This document shows, one piece after another, positions 46,287 through 56,301 of a stretch of DNA of 64,000 nucleotides (its first letter is position 1; every line of letters starts with the position of its first letter). Below the pieces are notes generated by a model that was not told the DNA's origin, did not search any database, and saw only the letters and a list, made by a program, of their open reading frames with translations. The DNA comes from a bacterium (GTDB lineage Bacteria; Auribacterota; UBA3054), in assembly GCA_017557885.1 (NCBI GenBank), contig JAFYXV010000008.1, forward strand, positions 66,843 through 130,842, in the 5' to 3' direction. Made by a program: the position numbers and the translations under genes.

Positions 46287-47609
46287 CTATCTACTTTGTT
46301 TAAGGATTTCAGAAATGATCTCGTTGAGATGTCCTGAGTTATTGGGCATGGCATCCCCTATTATGTAGTACCAATAATCTTTTTCTCTCTGGTCAAATGG
46401 CTTTTTATAATATTCCGCTATCTCCTCCGCCCACTTTTTCAAAATTTCCGGCTCCTTGGGATCCGTTCCCAGGAAGCGTACGGAGCACTCGGCGTTTTTC
46501 AAAGCCTTTTCCAAGCCCTCTTCGGCGGAAAGATTTCTGTCGTAAGCGTCTTTGTTCGCTTCCCACCAAGTCAGGACTTCTTTTTTTTCGACTTTATGAC
46601 CAAGCGACGCTTTGTCCATTTCCAAAAACAAAAGCGTTTCGTCGCCAGCATTCAAAGCTTCATATGAAAACGGCATAAGAAAAACTTCAAAGGAATGATA
46701 ATCTCTTGCTAAACCTTCAAGCACCGGTTCTCTCGCCCCATGCCTTTTAAATTCAGAAGTCCAGCAAGCGTACCATTCTTCCCAAAAATCTTTGGCATAA
46801 GCTCTGCCAATGAACCAGAAAAATCTTTGAGCTAAGCTGTTGCCTTGACCGCCAACGTCAAATTGTCCGTTTTGGCAATCTGTTTTCCTCCAGGCACCTG
46901 CAAAATCATGTTTGTCAAGACATGAAACCACGCCGTGCCCGCAATTAGGTTTCAAAAGATTCCAGCACCAGTTAAGATTGTTGGTGCCTCCGTTCGCTTT
47001 TTTTACAGCCTCGACGTCTTCATTAGCCAGCTTCTCCAATGCGTCATAGTTCATCTTTAAGCGGTAGGCGGGCCGCATGGTTTCCAATTCAAATGAATTG
47101 GGAGCGTTTTTTGCCATATCTTTCGCATAATCCACCAGCATGTTTTTCCATCCTTCCGCAGAAAAATTCTCAACCAGGCGGTAGCGAAGGAATTTTATGT
47201 TTTTGACAGAATTTGTTTTGTGTTCCACATTGCCAAAAAGCACAGGCAATTTGTTTCCATCAACACCTGTCAGAACTTCAAGTTTAGCTGAAGAATGCAA
47301 CAATCCGTCTCTGCTTCCCGGATCTGCAAAATCCACGTCGCAGCTAACAGTGAAGGATGCTTTTCCGGAAGGCGCTTTGACAAAAATATAAGAACCGCTG
47401 GAAACTGCTTCGGCGTCCACTATATCATGCCATTTGACGCGATAAATATAAGAATCGTCCAACCCGTCTAATACAACTTTATACTTAGTTACGGAGCCGC
47501 TCAAAACATAGCAGGGGCCTTCTATTTTGGCACCATATTTATCTGCAAAGACTGAAAAGCAAAAAAGTATAGCAAATAAAAAAAGTATCTTAGCTGTCTT
47601 ATTATCCAT
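46287..47609 (-). CDS. Secreted hypothetical protein encoded in a low-GC (about 45%) segment
   Basis: Signal peptide MDNKTAKILFLFAILFCFSVFA; Cys/Trp-rich central region (NLNWCWNLLKPNCGHGVVSCLDKHDF); no recognised domain. Confidence 0.5.
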   Translation of the reverse strand: MDNKTAKILFLFAILFCFSVFADKYGAKIEGPCYVLSGSVTKYKVVLDGLDDSYIYRVKWHDIVDAEAVSSGSYIFVKAPSGKASFTVSCDVDFADPGSRDGLLHSSAKLEVLTGVDGNKLPVLFGNVEHKTNSVKNIKFLRYRLVENFSAEGWKNMLVDYAKDMAKNAPNSFELETMRPAYRLKMNYDALEKLANEDVEAVKKANGGTNNLNWCWNLLKPNCGHGVVSCLDKHDFAGAWRKTDCQNGQFDVGGQGNSLAQRFFWFIGRAYAKDFWEEWYACWTSEFKRHGAREPVLEGLARDYHSFEVFLMPFSYEALNAGDETLLFLEMDKASLGHKVEKKEVLTWWEANKDAYDRNLSAEEGLEKALKNAECSVRFLGTDPKEPEILKKWAEEIAEYYKKPFDQREKDYWYYIIGDAMPNNSGHLNEIISEILKQSR

Positions 47610-47669
47610 AAAAACTGTCCTTCCTCACATGACGCGAAGCGTTGAGATTAGTTTATTTAATTCTACCAG

Positions 47670-47709
47670 AAAAAAAAAAAAGCAAGGCGCGCTGAAAAGC
47701 GCGCCTTGC
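47670..47709 (-). terminator. Rho-independent terminator for the giant PEP-CTERM gene
   Basis: GCAAGGCGCGC-tgaaaa-GCGCGCCTTGC hairpin; minus strand followed by T12. Confidence 0.7.
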
Positions 47710-47731
47710 TTAATTCGCTTATCGTTCGCTC

Positions 47732-50700
47732 TTATTTTCTGCGAAGAACGGCTATGCCGAGAAGAGCCAGCAGGAAGAGCGCGGCGGGTTCGGGGACCAC
47801 GGGCGTCAGCTTGACGCTCACGCTTTCCACGCAGACACTGTCGTTGGCAGTGCTGAGGAGCATCCTGAGGGCGTCCACGCCTTCCGTAGCCTTGACGGAG
47901 CCGCTGGTTATGGGCGCGTCAACAACGACAGGATCAGCGGCCCAGGTGAATTCCCTGAACTGCTTGTTGCCGGTCTTGGTGTTAAGTTTGACGGCGTAAT
48001 CGAAAGTTTCGCCGACGGCCGGTCTGGCGGTGGCCAAAGCGGTGGCCGGAGAGTAATCGTTGAAGGTGGGGACAAAAGCGTCGCCGCTTCTGGAGACTAC
48101 GACTTTCATCTGCCTGTGCTCGGAGTCCTGAGTGAGCGTCAGGTCGCCGGCAGGAGCTTTGGTGAAGAGCAGCTTGTAAGCGATCTCAAGATCGTATTTG
48201 TCAGCGATGCCTTCGCCGATGCCGAGAGCGTAGAAGAGGCCGCCTTCGCCGGCCGTGGGATTCTCGGAGGTCTTGGCGTATTCCAGAACGAGGCCGTCGG
48301 AGAAGGTCTGGCTCAAGTCTCCCCTGTCGGTCGCAATGGCTTCGACTTTCAGATCGTCGATATCGAAGGTGCCTTCGCCCCACTGGAAGAAGCGCAGAAT
48401 GGAGAAGGTCTGCGTCTCGTTCTCCTGGTCGCAGAGATATTCGCCGGATTCTTCGTTATTGCCGATCCTGACCTGTCTGAGGACGTGGCGGGCATGTCCT
48501 TCGCTGTCCGTAATAGTGTCGGCGCTGAAGACGGCGCTGAACTCGGTCCACTCGTCCTTTGCGATGGCGTTCTCGGAAACGAATTCCGGATGCGTCTCGT
48601 CGGACTTGTTGCTGGCGAATCTGTAGGATCCGTCGTCATAGCGGAACTGCGTTTCCACGCACTGCGGCGTCCAGAGGCCGAGGTTCTTGGCGGTGGTTCC
48701 GCCCAGTCTAACTTTGAAGCTGACCTTGAAGAAGCCCTTGGCTTTGCCGCTGGCCGCGACCCAGTCGTTGTCCAAAGTCTTGTCCAGCTTCTTGTGGATG
48801 CCGAAGAGGCCGGTAATATCTTTCAATCTAAGATATTTGTTGCCGTTCTCTTCTTTGACGATGGTGCTGCCGTTGACGTCGATGGCGCCGTAGGCCACGC
48901 TCCAGTTGTCCTCGCCGCAGAGATCCTTGCCGTTTTCATATTTCTCAAAGTCTTCCGTAAGCAGCGTGTCGTAAACTTCCCAATCGGCGGTGCTCTTAAT
49001 TTGGGCGTTGACGTCGGCTTCGCCCTTTATGTTCCGGTCGAAGAATCTGGGATCGCCCTTGGGGAACTCGGCGAAATTGGCGCTGTAAACTTCATAGCCT
49101 TTTTCCGGAGTGCCGTTGGGAGCGCCGACTCTGAAAGTGCCCTTGCCCGCTTCGCCGAGATCGATAGTTGCCAAAGTGGAGGCGTACTTCGCTTCCGCAG
49201 GCAGCGTCTTGGGCGTCACCTTGATGGACTGGAATCTCTGGAAGGTGCCGCTCGCAGGCTCAGCCCTGAAGAGATCTTCGTTCTCGAAGGAAACGCTGAA
49301 GTTGGCGGTGGTGCCAGGCAGTTCGTTGGTGATCGTGATCGTCCCGTATTCCTTGGAGAAGGTGATGGGGTCGTAATCGAGGGCAAGTATGGGAACGGAC
49401 TGCTTTTTCGGGGTGAGCTTGGCGTCCACCGCTCCCACGCGGGCCTGGCCGGAACTGAGGGAGAACTTGATCTTGTCAATGGCAGTTGTAGCGTCAGCGC
49501 CGGTAATAGGCAGATTCTCCTTGTAATAGGTGCCGTCCCAGTAGAGCTGCCTCAGGTTCTTCTCGGTGGTAGAGATGTCGTAGCCATAGGTGAACCATTC
49601 GCCGGCGTTGGCTGTGAAGGTGCCCTGCACGCCCTTGACGTTCGAATAAGTCAGGTTGACCTTGTTCTCGAAAAGCCTGAATTCCGTGGCAAACTGCTTG
49701 TGGAAGTCGTCCTGCCCGAAAGTCAGCGCTCCGTTGAAACCGGAGGGAAGCATCATCTGGGCGGCCACGGTGATGTCGTACTTCTTGGCCATGGCTTCCG
49801 TAAATCCCAGTTTGATTTCGACCGAACGCCCGTTATCGTTGCCTAAGAAGAGATCCATGGGATCCTCGTCCGGGAAGTCCAGGGTGTCGTAATCGGTCTC
49901 GGAAACGATGGTCTCGACTTTCAGATTGTCAAGGCAGAAGGTGCCGCTGCCCCAGAGGAAGAAGCGCAAGGTGTTGAAGAAGTCACTGTTGCTGCTCTGA
50001 TCGAGGAAAGCTTTGCAATTTTCAACCTTGTCGCCAACCTTGTACTGGCGCAGGATGTGGCGGTAGTTGTCCCCGGAAGCATCCGACACGGGCTTCGCCT
50101 CTATGATCATGCTGACTCTCGTCCAGCTGGCCTGGGAAATGTAATTCTGGGAAACGAACTCCGTATGGTTGGCGTCGCTGGCGTTGCTGCGGAAGCGGTA
50201 GCCGCTGCCGTTGACATACTCGAAGTTGCCCTCCACCATCTGGGGATCCCAGAGTCCGAAGAACTTGCTGGAAGTGCCGGTCAGCATGGCGTCGAAGCTG
50301 ATGCGGAAGTAGCCTTTGGCGTGGCCTTCCCACCAGTTGGGCTTCATCTGGACGTCCAGCTTTTTGTGGGCGCCGAAGAGATTGTTGACGTAGGCGATCT
50401 CGCAATATCTGTTGCCGAATCTTTCCCTGACGTAGATCGATCCGTCCCTGTCGATGGTGCCGTAGCCGCTTCCCCAGCCGCCGACGCCGCCAAGGTTGGT
50501 GTTGCCGGGATAATCTTCGAAGTCTTCGTCAAGCAAGACTTCCGTAACGTAGTGGTCGAAAGCGTAGTCAAGGTTGCCGCCGTTTTCCCAGAGGCAGTCG
50601 TAATCGCCGGGATTGCCTTTCGGGAACGTGGAGAGATCGGCGGAGTAGAGGCCGTAGCCGTCAGTTTCGTTGCCGCAGGGCGCGCCGAGGCGCACTCTCT

Positions 50701-52825
50701 TCGTGCCGGCGTAACCGGCTTCCACTTCCACCACGCATTCCAGGAACTGGGGAGTGGTGGGAAGATCGAAAGCTTCCACCTGGATCGTGGCGTCGCTCTT
50801 GAAAAGGCCTTCCACCGGGGAGATCGTGAAGTGATCGGCGCCTTTTACGATCTTGGCTTTATATTTGATGGTGGTGTTCTCGTGGCAGTTCGTCAGAGCG
50901 ATGGCGGTAAGGGTGGAGCCTATTTCCATCGGCTTGGCGGAAAGCTTAAGTTCGCCGATGCCGCAGTCCACATGGATGTCGTCGAAGTCGGCACCGCCCG
51001 AGCTGACGTCCTTGAGCCAGACAGAGCTGATGTAAACGTCGTCGGAGCCCGCGACGTAGCATTCGGTCGCGCTGTGGTACTCGTTATTGACGGACCAGCC
51101 AATGAACTCCTTGCTGTTTTCGTCAATAAAGAAGGTCCAGGTCTGCCAGCCGGTACTGATCTGCTGCAGAGTGGTGGATTTGTTGACGCTGCCGCCGGGA
51201 GTGGAAGAGCAGGCCAGGCTCAGCTTTCCGTCGCTGGTGACGTAAGCGTAGCAGAGAGCGTCCTTGGCGCCCCTGATGTCGAAGTAGGTGCCGCCGAAAG
51301 TCGGCTTGACCTTTACGCTGACCTTGTAGGTGCCGTATCCGTTGTCGGACTTGACGTTGACGGGAACCTGGAAGCCGTTGCCGCCCTGGCTGTGAAGGTA
51401 ATAGTTGCCGTTCTGTTCCTTGATCTGGCCGGTGGCGCTAAGATTGATTATGCCCTGTTGCCAGGTGGCGTCGCCCAGATAGAAGTCTTCGTCCGCTTCA
51501 AATCCGCAGTTGAATTCGGAAAGCACGGGAGGCGTGCGGTACAGAGAGGCGTACTTCCTGATCTTCTGCCAGACGGTGGCGCATCTGGTCTTGCTGTTGT
51601 AATAGACCGCGGAGCCGCCGTACTGGAGAAATTGTTCGGAGAAATAAGGCACCCTGTAGCCGTAGTAGGTGCCGTTCCAGCTGCCGTGGTAGGTCATGAT
51701 GGAAAGGCATCTCTGGGTAAGGTTGGTGGCGTAGAAGTAGCAGCCCAGGCTGTGTCCGAAAAGACCGCCGTCCGACGGTCCGGGGCTGCTCGACTGTTCG
51801 GCGGAGTGGTTGCAGCCCATGTTGTGGCCCCACTCGTGGACCCAGGAAAGATCTTCCAGATAGCTGTAGAGCACGATGTGGAAACCGCAGCCTTCCGCGC
51901 CGGTGGGGCTGCCGTGGACATAGCCTAAACCGGCCCAGCCGGAAGTCATGTATCTCGGGGCGTAGCAGACGAAGTCGGCGCCCAGCTTGTCCCTCAAGGC
52001 GGGCACGAACTCGAAGCCTTCCTTGCCCTGCTGCATGCGGGAAAGGTCAGTGCTCGAGTCCTTCGTTTCCTCGTAGTCGCAAAGGTAAGTGCCGACGCAG
52101 GTCAGCTTCGCTTTTATAAGGCTGTTCTGCATGGCCTGGTTGCAGACCGCGATGCCGGCGGCCACCTTCGTGTTGGCGGCTTCCAGACTGCCGGCGGACT
52201 CGATGGATTGGTTGGAGAAGAGGACAATGATGGTCAGCTCCACCACTTCGTCGTCGTCCCAGTTGGCGGCCCAGGCGGACTGCTCGGGAGTAAGGTCAGC
52301 GGCGGGAACGCCGAAGCTGGAAATAGAGTTCTGTTCCTCCCAGACGGGCGCTTCGTGATCCTCCGGATTGGACATCTGGGCGCAGCGCTCGCTGTAAGAA
52401 CATTCCTTAACTTCGTAAACGCCTTTCTGCTTGGTGCCGCTGATCTCGTAGCGGGCGTCGGCCGTAAGGTCTTCCACAACGCCGAAAAGCACGTTGGGGC
52501 CGGCCGCGATGCGCCACTGGCCGGCGAAATTGTCCAGATTACCGGCCCGGCAGACGATGCCGTTCACGTCTTTGACAGCGTAAGTGACGTCGCCCTTCAG
52601 TTCGCCCTGGGGCGTCAGGAAAGTCACCCTGTCGCCTATTTTAAGCTCGGCTAGGGCGAACATAGCGTTCTCGACCTTCGGCTCAGGCGCACTGGGGTAC
52701 GTCGAGAAAATTTGGGCTGTCTGAGCCCCGCTGGGGTCAAGAGTAAGGCAGAAATCCGCGGCGAAGGACGTCGCGGCAAAGATGACCGCGATAACGGCGG
52801 CCAGGATCTGGTAGTGCTTGCGCAT
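47732..52825 (-). CDS. Giant (1697 aa) PEP-CTERM-anchored secreted protein with N-terminal metzincin-type zinc metalloprotease domain and internally duplicated beta-rich domains
   Basis: Signal peptide MRKHYQILAAVIAVIFAATSFA; HEWGHNMGCNH (HExxHxxGxxH); two homologous roughly 200-aa modules (LLDEDFEDYPGNTNLGG...DNLKVE and LLTEDFEKYENGKDLCG...DDLKVE); C-terminal VPEPAALFLLALLGIAVLRRK. Confidence 0.75.
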   Translation of the reverse strand: MRKHYQILAAVIAVIFAATSFAADFCLTLDPSGAQTAQIFSTYPSAPEPKVENAMFALAELKIGDRVTFLTPQGELKGDVTYAVKDVNGIVCRAGNLDNFAGQWRIAAGPNVLFGVVEDLTADARYEISGTKQKGVYEVKECSYSERCAQMSNPEDHEAPVWEEQNSISSFGVPAADLTPEQSAWAANWDDDEVVELTIIVLFSNQSIESAGSLEAANTKVAAGIAVCNQAMQNSLIKAKLTCVGTYLCDYEETKDSSTDLSRMQQGKEGFEFVPALRDKLGADFVCYAPRYMTSGWAGLGYVHGSPTGAEGCGFHIVLYSYLEDLSWVHEWGHNMGCNHSAEQSSSPGPSDGGLFGHSLGCYFYATNLTQRCLSIMTYHGSWNGTYYGYRVPYFSEQFLQYGGSAVYYNSKTRCATVWQKIRKYASLYRTPPVLSEFNCGFEADEDFYLGDATWQQGIINLSATGQIKEQNGNYYLHSQGGNGFQVPVNVKSDNGYGTYKVSVKVKPTFGGTYFDIRGAKDALCYAYVTSDGKLSLACSSTPGGSVNKSTTLQQISTGWQTWTFFIDENSKEFIGWSVNNEYHSATECYVAGSDDVYISSVWLKDVSSGGADFDDIHVDCGIGELKLSAKPMEIGSTLTAIALTNCHENTTIKYKAKIVKGADHFTISPVEGLFKSDATIQVEAFDLPTTPQFLECVVEVEAGYAGTKRVRLGAPCGNETDGYGLYSADLSTFPKGNPGDYDCLWENGGNLDYAFDHYVTEVLLDEDFEDYPGNTNLGGVGGWGSGYGTIDRDGSIYVRERFGNRYCEIAYVNNLFGAHKKLDVQMKPNWWEGHAKGYFRISFDAMLTGTSSKFFGLWDPQMVEGNFEYVNGSGYRFRSNASDANHTEFVSQNYISQASWTRVSMIIEAKPVSDASGDNYRHILRQYKVGDKVENCKAFLDQSSNSDFFNTLRFFLWGSGTFCLDNLKVETIVSETDYDTLDFPDEDPMDLFLGNDNGRSVEIKLGFTEAMAKKYDITVAAQMMLPSGFNGALTFGQDDFHKQFATEFRLFENKVNLTYSNVKGVQGTFTANAGEWFTYGYDISTTEKNLRQLYWDGTYYKENLPITGADATTAIDKIKFSLSSGQARVGAVDAKLTPKKQSVPILALDYDPITFSKEYGTITITNELPGTTANFSVSFENEDLFRAEPASGTFQRFQSIKVTPKTLPAEAKYASTLATIDLGEAGKGTFRVGAPNGTPEKGYEVYSANFAEFPKGDPRFFDRNIKGEADVNAQIKSTADWEVYDTLLTEDFEKYENGKDLCGEDNWSVAYGAIDVNGSTIVKEENGNKYLRLKDITGLFGIHKKLDKTLDNDWVAASGKAKGFFKVSFKVRLGGTTAKNLGLWTPQCVETQFRYDDGSYRFASNKSDETHPEFVSENAIAKDEWTEFSAVFSADTITDSEGHARHVLRQVRIGNNEESGEYLCDQENETQTFSILRFFQWGEGTFDIDDLKVEAIATDRGDLSQTFSDGLVLEYAKTSENPTAGEGGLFYALGIGEGIADKYDLEIAYKLLFTKAPAGDLTLTQDSEHRQMKVVVSRSGDAFVPTFNDYSPATALATARPAVGETFDYAVKLNTKTGNKQFREFTWAADPVVVDAPITSGSVKATEGVDALRMLLSTANDSVCVESVSVKLTPVVPEPAALFLLALLGIAVLRRK

Positions 52826-52992
52826 AAAAAAACCTCCTAGGGATTATTTCATTCATTTTATCAAATTTTGGGCTTCCGGCAAATTTTGAGCCCTCCGCAC
52901 CTTGTTTCATTTTCCCTTTTTGGATAAAATAGAAAGATACTGAAATAAAATTGATAATTATGCTCACATTCATCCCACAAAGGAGAATAGTC

Positions 52993-54441
52993 ATGAAACT
53001 GCACAAATATCTCCCGGCTCTGCTCGCTGGCCTTATGTCCGTCGGCCTTTTGGCTGACGTCCTCATCAGCGAATTCACCTATGACGCCAAGAAGCCCTTT
53101 AAGAGCGACGACTGGGTGGAGATCTGCAACTACGGCGACGGCGCCGTCGATATCTCCGGCTGGAAGCTCGGCGACGACAAATACGACGAGGGCGGAACGC
53201 TGTTCACTATCCCGGAAGGCACCACTCTTGCCGCCGGCGAATGCGTAGTCCTCTATTCCGACGCGGCTTTCACCAGCATCTACCCTGACGTTGAGAATAT
53301 CCTCGGCCCCACCGGCATCGGCTTTGGCAAAAACAGCGACGACGTGGTCTTAATTGACAAGACCGGCAAAGTTCAGCACAAGATCGAATATTCCACCATC
53401 TCTGACGGCGGCGAATGGCCGGACGGCTCCGCTTATTCCAACGTGCTCGTCTATCCCTACGCCGACTACAACAACACCTGGCAGACCTGGAACGTCAGCA
53501 ACTCCGAAGGCGGCTCCCCCGGCACGAAGAATCCCGAGACCTGCGGACTCTATGTCGGCAAGCACAGCCGCAACCCCAACGCCCCCACTTCCGTCACTTC
53601 CCCCGAGATCCACATCTGGGCCTATGACAACAGCAGGAACGACAAGGCCGTAAAGAGCGCCAAGATCTTCTACTCCACTTCCGAAAGCGGCGAATACACT
53701 TCCAAGAGCATGACTTTGCTGGAAGGCAACGAATGGGTCTGCAACCTTCCCGCCATGGAAGAAGGCACCACTGTCTTCTATTATGCGCTTGTTGAAGATT
53801 ACAGCGGCAACACTCTGAGAAAATACTGGAACGCCTACAGGGCCCCCTACATGTACGTCGTCACCAACGAGCCCGTCTATTCCGGCGTCGTCATCAACGA
53901 GATCATGTACCAGTGCCTCGACATAGCCTACACCAACACGAAGGGCAACTGCAAGAACTACGAATACGTGGAGCTCTTCAACCGCACCGACGAAGACATA
54001 GACGTCAGCTACTGGCGTTTTGAGACCAGCGACGACAAGTACCGTCTGCCCAAGGACACCATCCTGGGCGCCAGGGAATTCCTGCTCATCACCGACCGCC
54101 AGGCCGCCATTGAGACCGTTTACTCTCTGCCTGTGGGCGCCGCCATCTACGAATTCGACTTCGGCCTTTCCAACACCGGCGACACTATCTCTTTGCAGAA
54201 CGCCAACGGTCAGGAAGTGGACGTTGTCACTTTCAAATCCACCGCCCCCTGGCCCACCGGCTGCGCCGGACTTGGCCCCTCTCTGGAATTGAGCGATCCC
54301 AACGCCGACAACACCCAGCCCAACGCCTGGGCCGCGTCGATCGCGATCTACGGAACTCCCTGCGAGACCAACAGCGTGCCGGAACCGGCTTTCGCCCTGA
54401 TGGCTCTGCTGGCTTTTGCCGGAGCCTTCCTCAGAAGGTAG
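52993..54441 (+). CDS. PEP-CTERM-anchored protein with two lamin-tail-domain (LTD)-like modules
   Basis: ATG at 52993 preceded by AGGAGA (track ORF TTG 52951); signal peptide MKLHKYLPALLAGLMSVGLLA; LTD-like LISEF...DDWVEICNYGDGAVDISGWKLGDD and VVINEIMYQ...YEYVELFNRTDEDIDVSYWRF; C-terminal VPEPAFALMALLAFAGAFLRR. Confidence 0.65.
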   Translation: MKLHKYLPALLAGLMSVGLLADVLISEFTYDAKKPFKSDDWVEICNYGDGAVDISGWKLGDDKYDEGGTLFTIPEGTTLAAGECVVLYSDAAFTSIYPDVENILGPTGIGFGKNSDDVVLIDKTGKVQHKIEYSTISDGGEWPDGSAYSNVLVYPYADYNNTWQTWNVSNSEGGSPGTKNPETCGLYVGKHSRNPNAPTSVTSPEIHIWAYDNSRNDKAVKSAKIFYSTSESGEYTSKSMTLLEGNEWVCNLPAMEEGTTVFYYALVEDYSGNTLRKYWNAYRAPYMYVVTNEPVYSGVVINEIMYQCLDIAYTNTKGNCKNYEYVELFNRTDEDIDVSYWRFETSDDKYRLPKDTILGAREFLLITDRQAAIETVYSLPVGAAIYEFDFGLSNTGDTISLQNANGQEVDVVTFKSTAPWPTGCAGLGPSLELSDPNADNTQPNAWAASIAIYGTPCETNSVPEPAFALMALLAFAGAFLRR

Positions 54442-54456
54442 ATCGAGAGTCGCGAA

Positions 54457-55551
54457 GTGTGGCTTTGGCTTAGATATTTCCTCATCATCGCCCTTTCCGG
54501 CGTCGTGTTGTATTTCGTTTTGCAGACCGACGTCGCCGCTTTGAAGTGTCCTTTTGAACTGGAAGCTTCCGAGCAGTGGACCATCCAGCAGGAAAGGCCC
54601 GGGGACTTTATAGCCAAGCACCTCAAGGGCCGCATGCAGGCCCTGGCGGGCGTTACGACCTTCCGCTTCGACCGCTACGACGTGGTCAACACGGAACTGG
54701 CGCCCGGCATCAAAGAAGGGTCCCTGGTCAAAGTTGGCGACCATGTCCTGACCTTCCACTCCCTCTACGACGAATCGCAGAAGAAGATGCTCCAGGCCAA
54801 GGTCGATATGTACCAGGCAACGCTGGACAATCTCCTCTCCGGCGAATTGCAGGAGCGCGTCACGGAAGGCGAAAAGCTCGTCTCCCTGGCCTACACGAAT
54901 TACTACAGCTATCTTCCCTTGGTGGAGCGCCGCCGGGAACTTTACAACACCGGCTACATCTCCAACGACGAAGTCCAGCAGGCGGAGGAAGAACTGAACA
55001 GCCGCTTCGCGGAGATCAGCGTGGCGGAGGCCGATCTGAACGCCCGCAAAATGGCCTGCTCCTCCAACGTCATCAACACGGCCAGGGCGGAGCTGCGCGT
55101 CGCTCAGAAAGAGCTTGAAATGGTCAACGACCGCCTGGAAGCCAGAACGGTTACGACTCCCGTAAACGGCCGCGTTACCCAGGTCTCCCTTGACCCGGAA
55201 ATCAAGACCATCCTAAGAGTTGTCAACGAGGATCCCATTTACGCCCGCGTAGTGGCCCCGCTGAATTTCTCCAACGAGATCCAGCCCGGCCTTGAAGCTG
55301 TCCTGTCCTTCCACAACGAAGACCTGACCGTCACCGGCAAAGTGGAATCCGTTTCCATCGTTCCGGTCCCCTTGATGGGTCTTTCCGTCGTGCACGCTCT
55401 TATTCCCATAAGGGACGTCCCCTTCTCCGCCATCTCCTCCATGACCGGCGAAGCCATCATCCCCTCCATCAAGATAGACCCTTACCACTCCTCTCTTGCG
55501 GCTCTGCGCTCTCTCTATCAGAAATTCAACAACTCCCTTCGCAAGGAGTGA
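54457..55551 (+). CDS. HlyD-family membrane fusion protein / periplasmic adaptor-like protein
   Basis: GTG start 15 nt after the upstream stop; N-terminal TM helix, coiled-coil region (QAEEELNSRFAEISVAEADLNARK...AELRVAQKELEMVNDRLEA) and beta-barrel motif TVTTPVNGRVTQVSLDP. Confidence 0.6.
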   Translation: MWLWLRYFLIIALSGVVLYFVLQTDVAALKCPFELEASEQWTIQQERPGDFIAKHLKGRMQALAGVTTFRFDRYDVVNTELAPGIKEGSLVKVGDHVLTFHSLYDESQKKMLQAKVDMYQATLDNLLSGELQERVTEGEKLVSLAYTNYYSYLPLVERRRELYNTGYISNDEVQQAEEELNSRFAEISVAEADLNARKMACSSNVINTARAELRVAQKELEMVNDRLEARTVTTPVNGRVTQVSLDPEIKTILRVVNEDPIYARVVAPLNFSNEIQPGLEAVLSFHNEDLTVTGKVESVSIVPVPLMGLSVVHALIPIRDVPFSAISSMTGEAIIPSIKIDPYHSSLAALRSLYQKFNNSLRKE

Positions 55552-55554
55552 AAA

Positions 55555-56298
55555 ATGGCGAATTTCCACGGCCGCTACGAGCTGAAGTATTTTCTTCCCT
55601 ATGACCTTATAGACAAGGCCATAGCGTACGCCTCGCCTTACGTCCAGCCAGACCAGCACGCCAAGCCCAACGGCCTGGGCGTTCCCGGCTACACCATCCG
55701 CTCCGTTTATTTTGACGACGACAACCTGACGCTTTACAAAGAAAAACTCATAGGCTTGAAAGACCGCAGAAAATTCCGCGTCAGGGGCTACGCCAACGTC
55801 ACGCCCGACAACAACGTTTTCCTGGAAATAAAATACCGCTCCCGTCAGCAGGTCGGCAAGGACCGCGCGCCCATGAAATTAAGCGAACTTCAGGAGATCA
55901 TGGACCGCAGCAAGACTCTCGACGAAGTAGAGTTTCCCACCGACTACCTGAGGGCCAACGCCCACCGCTTCCTGCACAACTGCTTCGTCAAAGGGTATCG
56001 TCCCATGACCACCGTCATCTACGACCGCAACCCCTTCATCGGAAAAGACGACGGCGAAGTCAGGTTCACCATCGACACGAACCTCAGGGCCGTGGATCAC
56101 TCCTATTCCTACACGCTTTTCGAACCCTACGAGGAAGAGCAGATCGCGCTTCCCGGAGCCATATTGGAACTGAAATTCGACCGCCTCATGCCGGAATGGA
56201 TGCGGCGCTTTTTAACCAAATTCGAGATCACCCAGACTTCCATATCCAAATACGCGCACTGCATAGAAAAAGTAATATTGCGCGAGGAGGAAAGTTAA
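55555..56298 (+). CDS. VTC-domain protein (CYTH-like, polyphosphate-polymerase-domain family)
   Basis: N-terminal RYELKYFLPYD...RSVYFDDDNL...RRKFRVRGYANVTPDNNVFLEIKYRSRQ pattern typical of bacterial VTC domain proteins; 3-nt gap from the upstream gene. Confidence 0.6.
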   Translation: MANFHGRYELKYFLPYDLIDKAIAYASPYVQPDQHAKPNGLGVPGYTIRSVYFDDDNLTLYKEKLIGLKDRRKFRVRGYANVTPDNNVFLEIKYRSRQQVGKDRAPMKLSELQEIMDRSKTLDEVEFPTDYLRANAHRFLHNCFVKGYRPMTTVIYDRNPFIGKDDGEVRFTIDTNLRAVDHSYSYTLFEPYEEEQIALPGAILELKFDRLMPEWMRRFLTKFEITQTSISKYAHCIEKVILREEES

Positions 56299-56301
56299 TT
56301 T

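Noticed and set aside
48116-51928. Long + strand ORFs (576 and 623 aa) and several shorter ones
   Set aside because: Antisense to the giant PEP-CTERM metzincin gene; low-complexity G/A/V/D-rich translations; the minus-strand gene has signal peptide, HExxH motif and PEP-CTERM.
53350-54759. 469-aa minus-strand ORF
   Set aside because: Antisense to the LTD PEP-CTERM gene and the start of the HlyD-like gene; Gly/Val/Asp-rich low-complexity translation.
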